This document shows positions 10,339-20,518 of a stretch of 64,000 nucleotides of DNA, piece by piece. A program made the position numbers and the translations under genes. Source of the stretch: Candidatus Bathyarchaeota archaeon. GTDB lineage: Archaea; Thermoproteota; Bathyarchaeia; Bathyarchaeales; Bathycorpusculaceae. How positions within the stretch are numbered: position 1 is the first letter of the stretch; every line of letters starts with the position of its first letter. The notes beneath the pieces were generated by a model. It made no database searches. It saw only the letters and a list, made by a program, of their open reading frames with translations, and had not been told where the DNA came from. The stretch spans positions 23,378 to 87,377 of the forward strand of contig CAWEZP010000003.1 in the NCBI GenBank assembly GCA_963813675.1, read 5' to 3'.

Positions 10339-10392
10339 AAAAGAAACAAAAGAAACAAAAGAAACAAAAGAAACTAAAGAAACAGAAGAAAT
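10339..10392. repeat. 9-bp tandem repeat (AAAAGAAAC) x4 plus 2 degenerate units
   Basis: Direct reading; lies just 3' of dnaG and reads GTTTCTTTT on the transcribed strand. Confidence 0.9.
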
Positions 10393-10413
10393 TAGAAGCC
10401 TAATGGCTTATTT

Positions 10414-11598
10414 TTAGGCTGGTGGTATGGCATCTTGGAAAGTTATGAGTTCAACGTTTAAAGCTGGTTTAACGGCTTCAGAGATGCGTGAGGCAACGAT
10501 TCGCTTAATGTTCTTGTCGGCTGATATGTCAACTATTCTCTGTGTAATAATGCCGTCGAAAACTATTGTTTCGACGCCTGTCATCTGCGAAAGCTTCTCG
10601 GCTAATTGACTCACTGGAAGACGCTCGATTAACTCGAGTTTAACGTTGAGCAGTACTGCTTCTAGTGTTCCGACTAATGCTTTTGCCGCTTGCCTTATGG
10701 TGTCTGGGACTTCAACTTTGACCCGTTCTGGAATAACAATCTTTTTTGGTGCTGGTGTTGGTTTGGACACTTGTACTCCTGCAGCTTCCGCAATTGGCAA
10801 CTTGTTTTCTATGGCTTCAGAGATTTCTTTGCAGTTGCATTCCTCAATTTCTTTGCCTCTTGGAGCGCGGCCAACAAACTTTACGTTTGTTACTTGCAAG
10901 AGTTCTTTTAGGATTAGGTCGCCGCCTCGATCGCCATCAAGCAATGCAGTTGCTAATCTTTCTTTGGTAATCTTCTTTATTGAATCTGGAACTTTTGCGC
11001 CTTCAAGAGCTACTGTGTTGAAGATCCCGCACCGCATCAAATTAATAACGTCTGCTCGCCCTTCGACAACAAAGATTTCTTTAGCACCCTCAAGTCCTGG
11101 TCCAGCGGGTAAATCTTCCGGTCCATACTTCTCTACTTTACCCACTTTCATGGTGTCAGAGATTTCTTTGTAGACTTCGTCTACGCTAGGCATTGATTCG
11201 ATGTTCCATTTGTGTAGAATTTCTTTGGCTCGGTCGATGATTATTTTTCGACGTGCTTCGCGTATGTCTTCGATTTTTTCTAAGGTTACTTTAGCTGAGC
11301 ATGGTCCAACGCGGTTTATGCTCTCTACGCTTGCGGCGATGAGTGCTGTAGAAACGCGGTCTAAGCTGGTTGGGATAGTTATAGAACCTGTAGTTCGGTC
11401 GTTTTTAGAATGTAAGTCAATTTCGATTCTGCCGATGCGTCCTGTTTTTTGAAGTTCACGCAAGTCAAGTTCGGGTCCGAAAAGTCCTTCTGTTTGCCCG
11501 AAAACTGCGCCAATCACATCGGGTTTTTCAACTACACCTTCAATTTCAAATCTAGCGTGTACAACGTACTTTATCGTAAATGTTTGGGATGTTCCCGT
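10414..11598 (-). CDS. dnaG: Archaeal DnaG-type primase / exosome-associated protein
   Basis: VIGAVFGQTEGL, TOPRIM VVEGRADV and DGDRGGDLI; the frame extends 27 codons above GTG 11517 to an ACG at 11598. Confidence 0.95.
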   Translation of the reverse strand, partial: TGTSQTFTIKYVVHARFEIEGVVEKPDVIGAVFGQTEGLFGPELDLRELQKTGRIGRIEIDLHSKNDRTTGSITIPTSLDRVSTALIAASVESINRVGPCSAKVTLEKIEDIREARRKIIIDRAKEILHKWNIESMPSVDEVYKEISDTMKVGKVEKYGPEDLPAGPGLEGAKEIFVVEGRADVINLMRCGIFNTVALEGAKVPDSIKKITKERLATALLDGDRGGDLILKELLQVTNVKFVGRAPRGKEIEECNCKEISEAIENKLPIAEAAGVQVSKPTPAPKKIVIPERVKVEVPDTIRQAAKALVGTLEAVLLNVKLELIERLPVSQLAEKLSQMTGVETIVFDGIITQRIVDISADKNIKRIVASRISEAVKPALNVELITFQDAIPPA

Positions 11599-12048
11599 AA
11601 ATATGCACTTCCTAATTGTAAGTTAAATTTTATTTGATTATGTTAATCGCACTATGTGAGTTTTTCTCGCAAAGATGAGACTTTAATTTGTTACTGATTT
11701 AGAATTTAGTTGCATTCTGTTTAATAATACTTGTGGTTTTCAGCTTCAGAGACCATTAACGTTTTTTTCGAGATACCGATTAGATCTCTCTTTTCTTGAA
11801 AGTTGTTTCAAGTCTATGTATTCACATATTCATTTAAACCTGAAGATTTACCTTTAATTTTATCCCTTAAAGAATTCACTACTATAAGATTCGATCTATG
11901 CGATCTTGAGTTCTGCTTCTATTTGGTTGCCGAAATTAGAGATTGATGGAGCGATCTCGCTAATTCGATGCTGTGCTGAAAAGTTTGAGTACTAAATAAA
12001 AGCGGTTGTAACCCTTCACCTTAAATAATAATACAAACAAAGAAGAGG

Positions 12049-12873
12049 GTGGTATACATGAGTTTACGTTTAAACCCCGAATACGACAAGCTACTGCCAA
12101 AAATGTCCGATGAAGAATTCGGAGAACTTAAAGCATCAATACAAACCGAGGGGCAACACTACTCAATAATCGTAAATGAAGACCTAGAAGTTTTAGATGG
12201 ACACCACCGCTTCCGTGCCTGCTTAGAACTTGATATCGAACCAGATTTTGAAGTTCGCAAATTCGATGACAAACTTCATGAAAAGAAATTCGTTATAGAA
12301 GCAAACCTAAGACGCCGTCACCTTAACAACTTTCAGCTTGTAGAATTAGCTGTACCTCTTCTTGAAATTGAGAAGGCTCTTGCAAAAACAAGACAATCTA
12401 AAGGCGGTAAAAATGGCCGAGACATGCAGTTAGGGATAGCGTCAGATGACGCGGCGCCCGAGATAAAGGCTAAAGCAACCGATGTCGTGGCGAAAAAAGC
12501 AGGAGTCTCTACCCGAACCCTTGAACGCGGTAAAAAAATAATGGAGAAAGCCAGTGAAGATGATAAACAGAAGCTTAGGGAAGGAAAAACCAGCATTTCC
12601 AAAGTTTATCAAGAAATTGTAACGAATGAAAATCCGCACCCGGAAAAAATAGTAGATGATTTTGTGCGGGAAGAGTCTCCCCGTGAGGTGCAGAATAAAG
12701 CCGAATTACTCGCCTTTTTGGATCGTATGATAAAGCAAGAATTGTTCTGTCCATCATGCGGCACATCGATGTTTGAATGCAGCAAATGCCACAAGACGTT
12801 GAAGAAGCTAGTGCAACCTAAAGATTCGCAGGAAACTTCAACTAAAGAACCAGAACCAGATTTTATTGATTGA
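12049..12873 (+). CDS. ParB/Srx N-terminal domain + HTH protein with C-terminal Zn ribbon
   Basis: LKASIQTEG..VLDGHHRFRAC, EANLRRRHL, HTH VAKKAGVSTRTLER, CPSC-x6-CSKC. Confidence 0.85.
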   Translation: MVYMSLRLNPEYDKLLPKMSDEEFGELKASIQTEGQHYSIIVNEDLEVLDGHHRFRACLELDIEPDFEVRKFDDKLHEKKFVIEANLRRRHLNNFQLVELAVPLLEIEKALAKTRQSKGGKNGRDMQLGIASDDAAPEIKAKATDVVAKKAGVSTRTLERGKKIMEKASEDDKQKLREGKTSISKVYQEIVTNENPHPEKIVDDFVREESPREVQNKAELLAFLDRMIKQELFCPSCGTSMFECSKCHKTLKKLVQPKDSQETSTKEPEPDFID

Positions 12874-13223
12874 GAATTAGATCCAACTGGCGTTATTCCG
12901 GTTTTAATTAAATTCTTCCCAATGTTAACCTGTAAACGAACAATAAAATCAAGTCAATAAGTCCGAAACCGCAAACAAACTTTTTATAATCAACAATCTC
13001 TTAGCTTCGAAAAATAATCCTCTATTCCTGATTTATCGCTTCTTGAACGCCAAACCTTTTCCCCAACGCTATAACCGTGCAATTTATGTCTACGTTCACA
13101 ACAGCTCTCATAATTACTGCTATCCTATATTTTATGGCAGCGTTTTTTTAGGGCTGCGAGGTGGAAAATACCTATATAACGATTATAAGGCAAATTTTAT
13201 ACAAGAATTGAACCATACTTAGG

Positions 13224-15782
13224 TTATTTCTTTTTTGAATATTTTCTAAATATAAGTACCGATCCAAGTGATGCTAAGATCAAAATGATTAGGGTCAATT
13301 GTGGCACTTCAGGAAATGACGATTGAGACGCTTGTGCATTGTTTGGTGAAATGACAATAGTTGAGTCGGAAGTTGTACTTGGAATTGGCGAACTACTGGG
13401 TAGTAAAGGTGAGAAAATCGAAGTTGGAGATGCAGTTGCGGTAGGTATTAGTTCTGGAGTCGCTGTTGGAATTTGAGTTGGAATTGTTGCAAGTGGCATT
13501 ATAGGCGAGGACGTAAAATCAGGATTGGGAGAGGACGTTGGAGTTAGAGTCGTCTTAGATAATGACGTTTCAAGCTTTAACGTGAGGTTATATGTTGATG
13601 TTAAACCTGCATTATCAATAAATTGGACTGATACAGTTTTCAGACCATCACCGTCTAGAAGAGACCAAGTTTTCGATGTTTGATAAGGCTCCCAATTAGA
13701 CCAGGTGAAGTTATCATTTGAGAAATGCATTTGGGCAACTCCTGAGGTTCCATCAGTTGCTTCTAAAGTAAGCATAATAGTGGGTGTTAGAATGGTGGTT
13801 ATGTCTGTTGTTATTGTTCCTATCGGCGCAGTTTTATCTAATTTAATTTCAGTTACAGTCGTGTGAGGAAGTTCATTGAGGGCTGTTCCGTAAACGTTCC
13901 ATGTACTCCAGTATTCGACGGTATTGTTGTTGCTTTCAGTTGTTATTGTGGGTTGCCCGTTGGCGGTTATGTTGCAAGTTGATTCTCCGTTTATTCTGTA
14001 AAATGTTTCATTAACATTATAATCCGGTGATAAATCTATTTCAAAGTTTGAATTACGCCACTTGTCAGTATAATTACTCGTTACTGTTGGCAAACGAGTT
14101 ATGTTTACGCAGAAATTAGTTATTCCATCGTTCATTGTAAGTGTGTGCTGCCCTGCAGTTGTGTTTGGCACTTGCACGGTTCCATTGAAAAATCCGTTGC
14201 CATCAATGGGGATTGTGCCCAAACTGATCATGTTATCCCACAGTAGTGATAGGTTGCCCGGGCTAAACCACTCGCCAAGTACAGGCAACAAATCGCCGTT
14301 TTGAACAAAAACATGGGTTGCCAGGTTTGTGTTATTGCCAAATAATCCTGTTGCCGTAGTGTTGCCTACCTGGATTAATCCTCTTCGCCATTCCGTATAT
14401 TGAATTGTAGTGTTGTACACCTGACTATTATTGTCTATGACTCTAAAAGTGATGTACTCAAATTGAGGTTCGTTGTCTCCGGGTGCGTTGTTCTGCAGTA
14501 GGTCTGGTGCGTTAAAAGTATAAGAGAAATTATCTGAAGTTATTTGCAGGTTGCTTATTAGAGGAACCCACGAAGTGTTTATGGGGGTTCTGTAGGATAT
14601 GTTTACTGAAGTGCCTATTGTGAAACCTAAAATGTTGATGGTAATCAAACCTGCCGGCGGTCCAGAAGTCGGGGAAACTGAGACTTTGCCAAAATTAACC
14701 CCCAACGGACTTCCAAGTCCCGTAACTAAATCGTAACCTTCAGCCGCGGAGTTAACATAATTCGAACCTAACGTGATATCTCGAAAGTAGGAAGAATATG
14801 CTGATTTTGCTCTATCGTAAAGATTCTCGTTTGTCACAGAACGTCCAAGGGCATTAATGGCTGCCCATTGAGGTGCACCAGCACTCGTGCCTCCTATTTT
14901 CCACCAAGAACCGTTGAAAACTGAAACTCCTGTTGAAGGGTTTCCATTAAATGAAACATCAGGAACCGCACGCTTGGAATAATTTAAGCCGAAACTTGTT
15001 TGGTATTTGGGGCTTTCTACATAAGCACTTAATCCACCGCCACTATTACCCCATGCGGTCTCAGAAATTACCGTTCCGTCAGCTTTAAGGTTAAGTGTGG
15101 TTCCCCCGACACTAACAACGTTTGCTAAAACAGCAGGCCACATTGCGTTTAAGCCATCATCACCTGATGAAGCAAAAAAGGTTACGCCTGGTTTATTAAA
15201 ATGATTAATTTCTTTGGTTTCTCCAAAAAATTCGTCTCCTCCCCAACTCATGGAAACAGAGACTACTCCTGGTTGGTTTGTCGCATAATCGATGGCTGCG
15301 AGAAGGGCAGTGTCTGTAGGTCCTACGGCCTCTACTAGCAATATTTTGGCTTCTGGAGCGATTGCATGTGCCCACTGGACATCTAGACAGGTCTCCAGAG
15401 CCCAGTTGCTGTCCGTTAGCATATTTTGAGCCATTTTATGGACTATGAAGCAACCGGTGCTATTGTTTGGAAGACCATATTGATTAGAAAAAGTGTTGAA
15501 ATAATTCAATATGTTTGGTGTGTCATAAGCGTCTATTATTGCGATTGTGGTTCCAGCACCACCTGAAGAGGGCAAATTATAGGCTGTTCTTATCTGGCTA
15601 GGCGAGTATCCTATTGGAGAAGGCGAATTTGCAAAAGGTGAAATATACATCGGTTCAGCTGTCCAATTGTCTACTTGTTGCCCCAAAGCAGAAATGATTG
15701 TTATTGGTATAAAGAAAGTTATTATTAATAATGAACAAATAGTGAATACCAATAACCCTTTGAATATTTGTTTTTGATGCAC
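13224..15782 (-). CDS. Secreted, membrane-anchored S53 (sedolisin-family) peptidase with C-terminal Ig-like domains
   Basis: ETCLD (Glu/Asp), SSGD oxyanion, GGTSAGAP (Ser), GYDLVTGLGSP Ca site; signal peptide; Pro/Thr linker; C-terminal TM plus basic tail. Confidence 0.92.
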   Translation of the reverse strand: MHQKQIFKGLLVFTICSLLIITFFIPITIISALGQQVDNWTAEPMYISPFANSPSPIGYSPSQIRTAYNLPSSGGAGTTIAIIDAYDTPNILNYFNTFSNQYGLPNNSTGCFIVHKMAQNMLTDSNWALETCLDVQWAHAIAPEAKILLVEAVGPTDTALLAAIDYATNQPGVVSVSMSWGGDEFFGETKEINHFNKPGVTFFASSGDDGLNAMWPAVLANVVSVGGTTLNLKADGTVISETAWGNSGGGLSAYVESPKYQTSFGLNYSKRAVPDVSFNGNPSTGVSVFNGSWWKIGGTSAGAPQWAAINALGRSVTNENLYDRAKSAYSSYFRDITLGSNYVNSAAEGYDLVTGLGSPLGVNFGKVSVSPTSGPPAGLITINILGFTIGTSVNISYRTPINTSWVPLISNLQITSDNFSYTFNAPDLLQNNAPGDNEPQFEYITFRVIDNNSQVYNTTIQYTEWRRGLIQVGNTTATGLFGNNTNLATHVFVQNGDLLPVLGEWFSPGNLSLLWDNMISLGTIPIDGNGFFNGTVQVPNTTAGQHTLTMNDGITNFCVNITRLPTVTSNYTDKWRNSNFEIDLSPDYNVNETFYRINGESTCNITANGQPTITTESNNNTVEYWSTWNVYGTALNELPHTTVTEIKLDKTAPIGTITTDITTILTPTIMLTLEATDGTSGVAQMHFSNDNFTWSNWEPYQTSKTWSLLDGDGLKTVSVQFIDNAGLTSTYNLTLKLETSLSKTTLTPTSSPNPDFTSSPIMPLATIPTQIPTATPELIPTATASPTSIFSPLLPSSSPIPSTTSDSTIVISPNNAQASQSSFPEVPQLTLIILILASLGSVLIFRKYSKKK

Positions 15783-15973
15783 CTTATTTCTGTTCCCTTT
15801 TCGACAACTGTTTTTGTCCGCTCGTTGATTACTTGTTATGTCAGTGGTCCTTTCATTTATGCTTTATGATATATTGATAATTACTAAAGAGTTAGTTAAA
15901 TTAGCAGTTTTTTACATTTCTGTAAGCGCAAATAATATAGCATTACATTGCATCAGTACAGCAGTGAATACTC

Positions 15974-17197
15974 ATGCAAAGGTCTTACTCACGTTTACTT
16001 GGGATAGTTGGAAAACCCAACACTGGAAAATCCACATTCTTTAGCGCTGCAACGTTAGCTGCGGCTGAAATAGCCAATTACCCCTTCACTACCATTAAGC
16101 CAAACCGAGGAGTCGGTTATGTGCGAACTCCCTGCGTCCACGACGAATTCAAAGTCCAAGATAATCCAAGAAACTCGATCTGCCTAAACGGAACGCGGCT
16201 TGTTCCGGTTGAAATAATCGACATCGCAGGAATCGTACCAGGTGCCTGGGAAGGACGCGGCTTAGGCAACCAGTTCCTAGACGAAATCCGCCGAGCAGAC
16301 GCCTTCATCCACGTAGTTGACGCTTCAGGCGGAACCGACTGCGAAGGAAAAAGCTGCAAACCTGGAGAACATGACCCAATCGAAGACGTACAGTTTCTGG
16401 AAAAAGAAATTAACATGTGGATGCTTACCATCCTCAAAAAAGACTGGTCAAAAATCTCTAGAACTGCAGAAACGGACAAAAAAGGTCTCATCCATCATCT
16501 GGAAGACCGCTTAGCAGGTTTAAGCATTAAACGTCAATGCGTAGCTGAGGCAGTTCGAAAAGCCAACTTGAATCTTGATAGACCTGTATCTTGGACGGAT
16601 GATGACTTTTACCGCTTCGTAGACAACTTAAGGCGCATAGCCAAACCGATGCTGATTGTTGCAAACAAAATTGATTTGCCAACAGCCAAAGCAAACATTG
16701 AGCGGCTAAGGAAACTTGACTACGTTGTTATTCCATGCAGCGCTGAAGCCGAATTGGGGCTAAGACGGGCTGCAGAGAAACAGTTGATCGATTATAAACC
16801 AGGCGATAGTACCTTCAAAATAACGCAGCCTGAGAAGTTGTCAGCTGGGCAGATAAAAGGGCTCGAAGCAATAAGAGAAAAGATCTTGTCCACAAACGGT
16901 TCAACAGGCGTTCAAGAAGCCATAAACACCGCATACTTCAAACTCCTCGACATGATAACCGTTTACCCAGTTGAAGACTTAGAACACTTGACTGACCACA
17001 ACGGACGCATCCTACCCGATGCATACCTCATTCCCAAAGGCACCACCGCACGCCTATTCGCCTACATAATCCACAGCGAACTTGGCGAAAGCTTCCTTTA
17101 CGCAATAAACGCACGCGACAAACGCAGAATCGGCGAAGACGCCATACTAAAAGACCGCGATGTCATCAGCATAGTCAGCGCACAAAAACGAGCATAA
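15974..17197 (+). CDS. ychF: Archaeal YchF/Obg-family translation-associated NTPase
   Basis: GKPNTGKS, YPFTTI, DIAGIVPGA, NKID, C-terminal TGS domain. Confidence 0.93.
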   Translation: MQRSYSRLLGIVGKPNTGKSTFFSAATLAAAEIANYPFTTIKPNRGVGYVRTPCVHDEFKVQDNPRNSICLNGTRLVPVEIIDIAGIVPGAWEGRGLGNQFLDEIRRADAFIHVVDASGGTDCEGKSCKPGEHDPIEDVQFLEKEINMWMLTILKKDWSKISRTAETDKKGLIHHLEDRLAGLSIKRQCVAEAVRKANLNLDRPVSWTDDDFYRFVDNLRRIAKPMLIVANKIDLPTAKANIERLRKLDYVVIPCSAEAELGLRRAAEKQLIDYKPGDSTFKITQPEKLSAGQIKGLEAIREKILSTNGSTGVQEAINTAYFKLLDMITVYPVEDLEHLTDHNGRILPDAYLIPKGTTARLFAYIIHSELGESFLYAINARDKRRIGEDAILKDRDVISIVSAQKRA

Positions 17198-17202
17198 ATT
17201 CT

Positions 17203-17997
17203 TTATGTTCCAAACCGGCGTTTTCGGTGCTGAAACACCCTGATCGCCCTTAACAAGTCGATTAAGCGGAAGTCCGGCCAATAAACATCAAGGAAAAGGA
17301 GTTCGCTATATGCAGCTTGCCAAAGCAAGAAACCGCTTAATCGTTCTTCCCCTGAAGTACGTATAATCATGTCAGGATCCTGTTTGGTCATGTGTGACGT
17401 ATAGAGATATTTTTCAAATGTAGTTTCGTTGACTTCATCGACGTTTAATTCGCCGCTCTTTACTTTGATTGCAATAGATTTAGCCGCATCTACAATTTCT
17501 GCTCTTCCACCATATGCAAAAGCAAAATTCCAGAAGTAACAATCATAATTCTCTGTAGCCTTCTCAACATCTTCAATTGCTTTTTGTAAACTGGCTGGTA
17601 AAAGATTGGCTCTACCGATAATCTTTACATGAACCTTATTTCTGTGCACACGTTCATCAGTCAACAATTTATGGAATCTTTCTTCGGCAATTTGCATTAT
17701 CTTCTCTATTTCTTCTGGGTTGCGGGTAAAATTCTCTGTTGAAAACGTGTATAATGTGACATATTTGAGCCCAAACATTTGGCACCAATCTAAAAGCTGT
17801 TCAACAGTGTCAGCGCCCTGTTTGTGACCCCACTTATCAACGAGCCACGGATTACTTTCCTGATCGTTTGCCCATCGTCTATTTCCGTCAAGAATAATAG
17901 CTATATGTTCGGGTTTAATTCCTTTTTTAACCTGAAGCCATAACCATTTCTCGTAAATTTTGTAGGCGCCGATTACAGAAAGAACTCTTTGAAGCAC
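17203..17997 (-). CDS. uppS: cis-polyprenyl diphosphate synthase
   Basis: HIAIILDGNRRWA, FSTENF, RTSGEERLSGFLLWQ. Confidence 0.96.
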   Translation of the reverse strand: MLQRVLSVIGAYKIYEKWLWLQVKKGIKPEHIAIILDGNRRWANDQESNPWLVDKWGHKQGADTVEQLLDWCQMFGLKYVTLYTFSTENFTRNPEEIEKIMQIAEERFHKLLTDERVHRNKVHVKIIGRANLLPASLQKAIEDVEKATENYDCYFWNFAFAYGGRAEIVDAAKSIAIKVKSGELNVDEVNETTFEKYLYTSHMTKQDPDMIIRTSGEERLSGFLLWQAAYSELLFLDVYWPDFRLIDLLRAIRVFQHRKRRFGT

Positions 17998-18117
17998 TAC
18001 CTGAACCTCTCATGTCTAAAGGATTTGCACTCCATTTTGGTCGTGCACTATAGCTAAAGCCTTTATGGGTTCAATTAAAGCTTCCCCTAAAATATAATAA
18101 CCGTCTTGACAGAAACT

Positions 18118-19350
18118 TTAGAGTTCTTCTGTTATTTGTTCTCGTTTTTTAAAGAAACTTTTGGTTGACCTGTTCACTATGTAAATTAGTAATATTGACG
18201 CAACGCCGATTAAGATGCCGACTATAATTGTGAATAGAAAACTTTTGAAAATTTCATCATTTAGCCCAACGACTGCAGATGAATCCTGGTAATAATGAAT
18301 TATTACGTTCGCTGTTCCCTCAAGAATCCAATATGACCATGCAACTGAAACAATTAGGGCAACATTTCGAAGTAATCTTGAATCTTTCTCAAAGTATAAC
18401 CGAATGCTCCTTCCAATGAGAATAATGCTTAAGCCAACAACTAGCAAGGTATCGAGTCCTTTAATGAAGAACGTAGCTATTTTTGGAGTAGCACCCAACC
18501 AACCCCCTAAGTCGCTTGGAAACGGGGCTGCGCTGATGTTAACGTTTGCTATACCTAGGTAAACACTTACAGCGACGCATAGTATTCCTACTATTATGGT
18601 GTAGTTTGAAATTTGTATCGGAAGGGGCGGCGGTGAGTAGTCTTTTGCCCATTTATAGGCGTCTTTGGTTGCTCTGTCAACTCCAAAACCCTTGAGCAAA
18701 AGGAAGCCTCCAAGAACTATTACAAAGGCAATTCCGAAATAGTAAATTGCACCTTTATAGAAAAAATTGTCTATTGCCCATAAAATACCGAAAATTAAAA
18801 CCAAAATGCCCGGTAAACCCAGAGCCATCCGAGCGTACCTTGGATTATCTACAAGTAAACGAATGTATTTTGTGAAGACCGCGGCGGTTTCTTCGATTGA
18901 CTCGCTGTGTTTTATTACTATTCGTCTAACTGACGAAACTGGTACTCTTGATTCTACTAGCGGCAAAACCGCTTCATCCGAATATCCGTCGGTAACCAAA
19001 ATAACTTCATTGGCGTTAAAAGAACCTAGCAGACTGTTTAATTCGGATACTAGTTTTCGATCTGCACTTACACCGCCTAAATCGTTACCCGAAATAGTGG
19101 CTACCTCAAAGATTTCGTCTGGTTGCTTCTCATCTTGCAACCGGTCATAGAGTCTAACTGCTTCAAACATGGCGTTGGCGTCTGGTTCTTCAGGATCTTT
19201 GAGCGCTAAGGCAACCGCGCCATCTAGGTTGGCTGGTCTTCCAAGTAGTGGCGTCTTTACAGCAGCTTTAACTTCCAGATCTCCATCTCTATCAACACAT
19301 AAAATTAGGATACGCTTTTGCGTCTGCTGTTGCGTTTCCTGTTTAACCAT
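18118..19350 (-). CDS. DUF373 family archaeal membrane protein
   Basis: ILCVDRDGDL, DPEEPDAN, VTDGYSDE; conserved position next to uppS. Confidence 0.88.
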   Translation of the reverse strand: MVKQETQQQTQKRILILCVDRDGDLEVKAAVKTPLLGRPANLDGAVALALKDPEEPDANAMFEAVRLYDRLQDEKQPDEIFEVATISGNDLGGVSADRKLVSELNSLLGSFNANEVILVTDGYSDEAVLPLVESRVPVSSVRRIVIKHSESIEETAAVFTKYIRLLVDNPRYARMALGLPGILVLIFGILWAIDNFFYKGAIYYFGIAFVIVLGGFLLLKGFGVDRATKDAYKWAKDYSPPPLPIQISNYTIIVGILCVAVSVYLGIANVNISAAPFPSDLGGWLGATPKIATFFIKGLDTLLVVGLSIILIGRSIRLYFEKDSRLLRNVALIVSVAWSYWILEGTANVIIHYYQDSSAVVGLNDEIFKSFLFTIIVGILIGVASILLIYIVNRSTKSFFKKREQITEEL

Positions 19351-19388
19351 TTCGAATCTCTAACCCATTTAATATTGACTAGTTGACT

Positions 19389-20339
19389 TTAATCTTGTGT
19401 TTTTGATTCATCCTCTTCTTCATCGCCCAACATGAATTGGAACTCATCCCAGTTGACTTTCTCACCACGTTGCAGTTTTTCGCGAGCTTCGGACCCAATT
19501 TTTTCTTTAATCTCTTTTTCTTTAACTGCTCTTTGGGCTTGTGCTTCTTTCCATTTAGCTTGTTCTATTTGTCTTTTGGCGTCCTCTTCCTTTCTCTTAG
19601 CTAAGTCATATTCTCTAACTGTGACCCGTAAGCCCCTATTTTGATCAATCAACTGTTTGATTTGTTCATACCAAAGAGAGTTTTGCTCCTTTGCTTTGAC
19701 AAACGCTTGATGTAAACTATCTGCTTCTGCTTTGTCTTTTTTCAAACCGTTTATTTTTTCAATCATTTTAGTATGTAATTCTTGGCTTTTCTGGGCTAAA
19801 TCTGTTAATTCTTTGTGAAATACGTCAGCTTGGGCATCAAATGTTTTGCGTTGAGAAATTAACTCTTTGATTTTTTGATGTTTTTTATCTATTTTTTTGT
19901 AACCTTTAAGTTGAATTTCTAGTTCTTTCACTTCGCCTACTAGTCTTTTCTCTTCTTGAAGGTCAACTGAAGTTGTAGAAATTTTCCATTCAACCGCATC
20001 AAGTTCTTCTTGTAATGCGCGATGGTTCACGTGCGGCACTGTCTTTTTGAGTTCCGCAATTTTTTCATCTATAGCTTTTACTTCTTCCATGATTGGGGTT
20101 GCTTTGATTCTGACAAGGTCTCTTTGTTCCTTAAGCAACTTTACCTTCTCATTCAAAGTGTCTCTTTCAATTTTCATTAGGTTGATTTCATCACGGGACT
20201 TGCGTACTTCTACATGCAACTGGTTTCGTTTCTCAACGTACTTTTTGATTTGGTTGTTTGCTTCACCAATTTGCTTTTTTATTTTATCTATTTGTAGATT
20301 TATATTTCCTTCATGGCTTGTTTTTTGGTTCTCTGTCAC
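19389..20339 (-). CDS. Archaeal coiled-coil protein (COG1340-like)
   Basis: Long heptad K/E-rich protein with EWKISTTSVDLQEEKRLV and KLQRGEKVNWDEF motifs. Confidence 0.8.
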   Translation of the reverse strand: MTENQKTSHEGNINLQIDKIKKQIGEANNQIKKYVEKRNQLHVEVRKSRDEINLMKIERDTLNEKVKLLKEQRDLVRIKATPIMEEVKAIDEKIAELKKTVPHVNHRALQEELDAVEWKISTTSVDLQEEKRLVGEVKELEIQLKGYKKIDKKHQKIKELISQRKTFDAQADVFHKELTDLAQKSQELHTKMIEKINGLKKDKAEADSLHQAFVKAKEQNSLWYEQIKQLIDQNRGLRVTVREYDLAKRKEEDAKRQIEQAKWKEAQAQRAVKEKEIKEKIGSEAREKLQRGEKVNWDEFQFMLGDEEEDESKTQD

Positions 20340-20394
20340 GCGTTAGCCCCTGTATTGTTAAGTTGCGAGTTGATACTTAGCTTACTTTCGGAAT

Positions 20395-20431
20395 TTATAT
20401 TGATTTACTTTAACTTATATTGATTTACTTT
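20395..20431. repeat. 17-bp direct repeat TTATATTGATTTACTTT x2 (20-bp period) in a divergent promoter
   Basis: Units at 20395-20411 and 20415-20431. Confidence 0.85.
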
Positions 20432-20518
20432 TGAAAGCTTCACAATGCCATTACAATACTGTTTTGCATGTTAAAATTTTAAATATGGGCTAACACCATG
20501 ATTGGGTGAGATGAAAAC

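Noticed and set aside
5437..11452. Long antisense ORFs in the track (e.g. 5437..5832, 6645..7208, 7627..8106, 10646..11173)
   Set aside because: They are shadows of well-supported opposite-strand genes, with Ser/Ile-rich non-protein-like composition.
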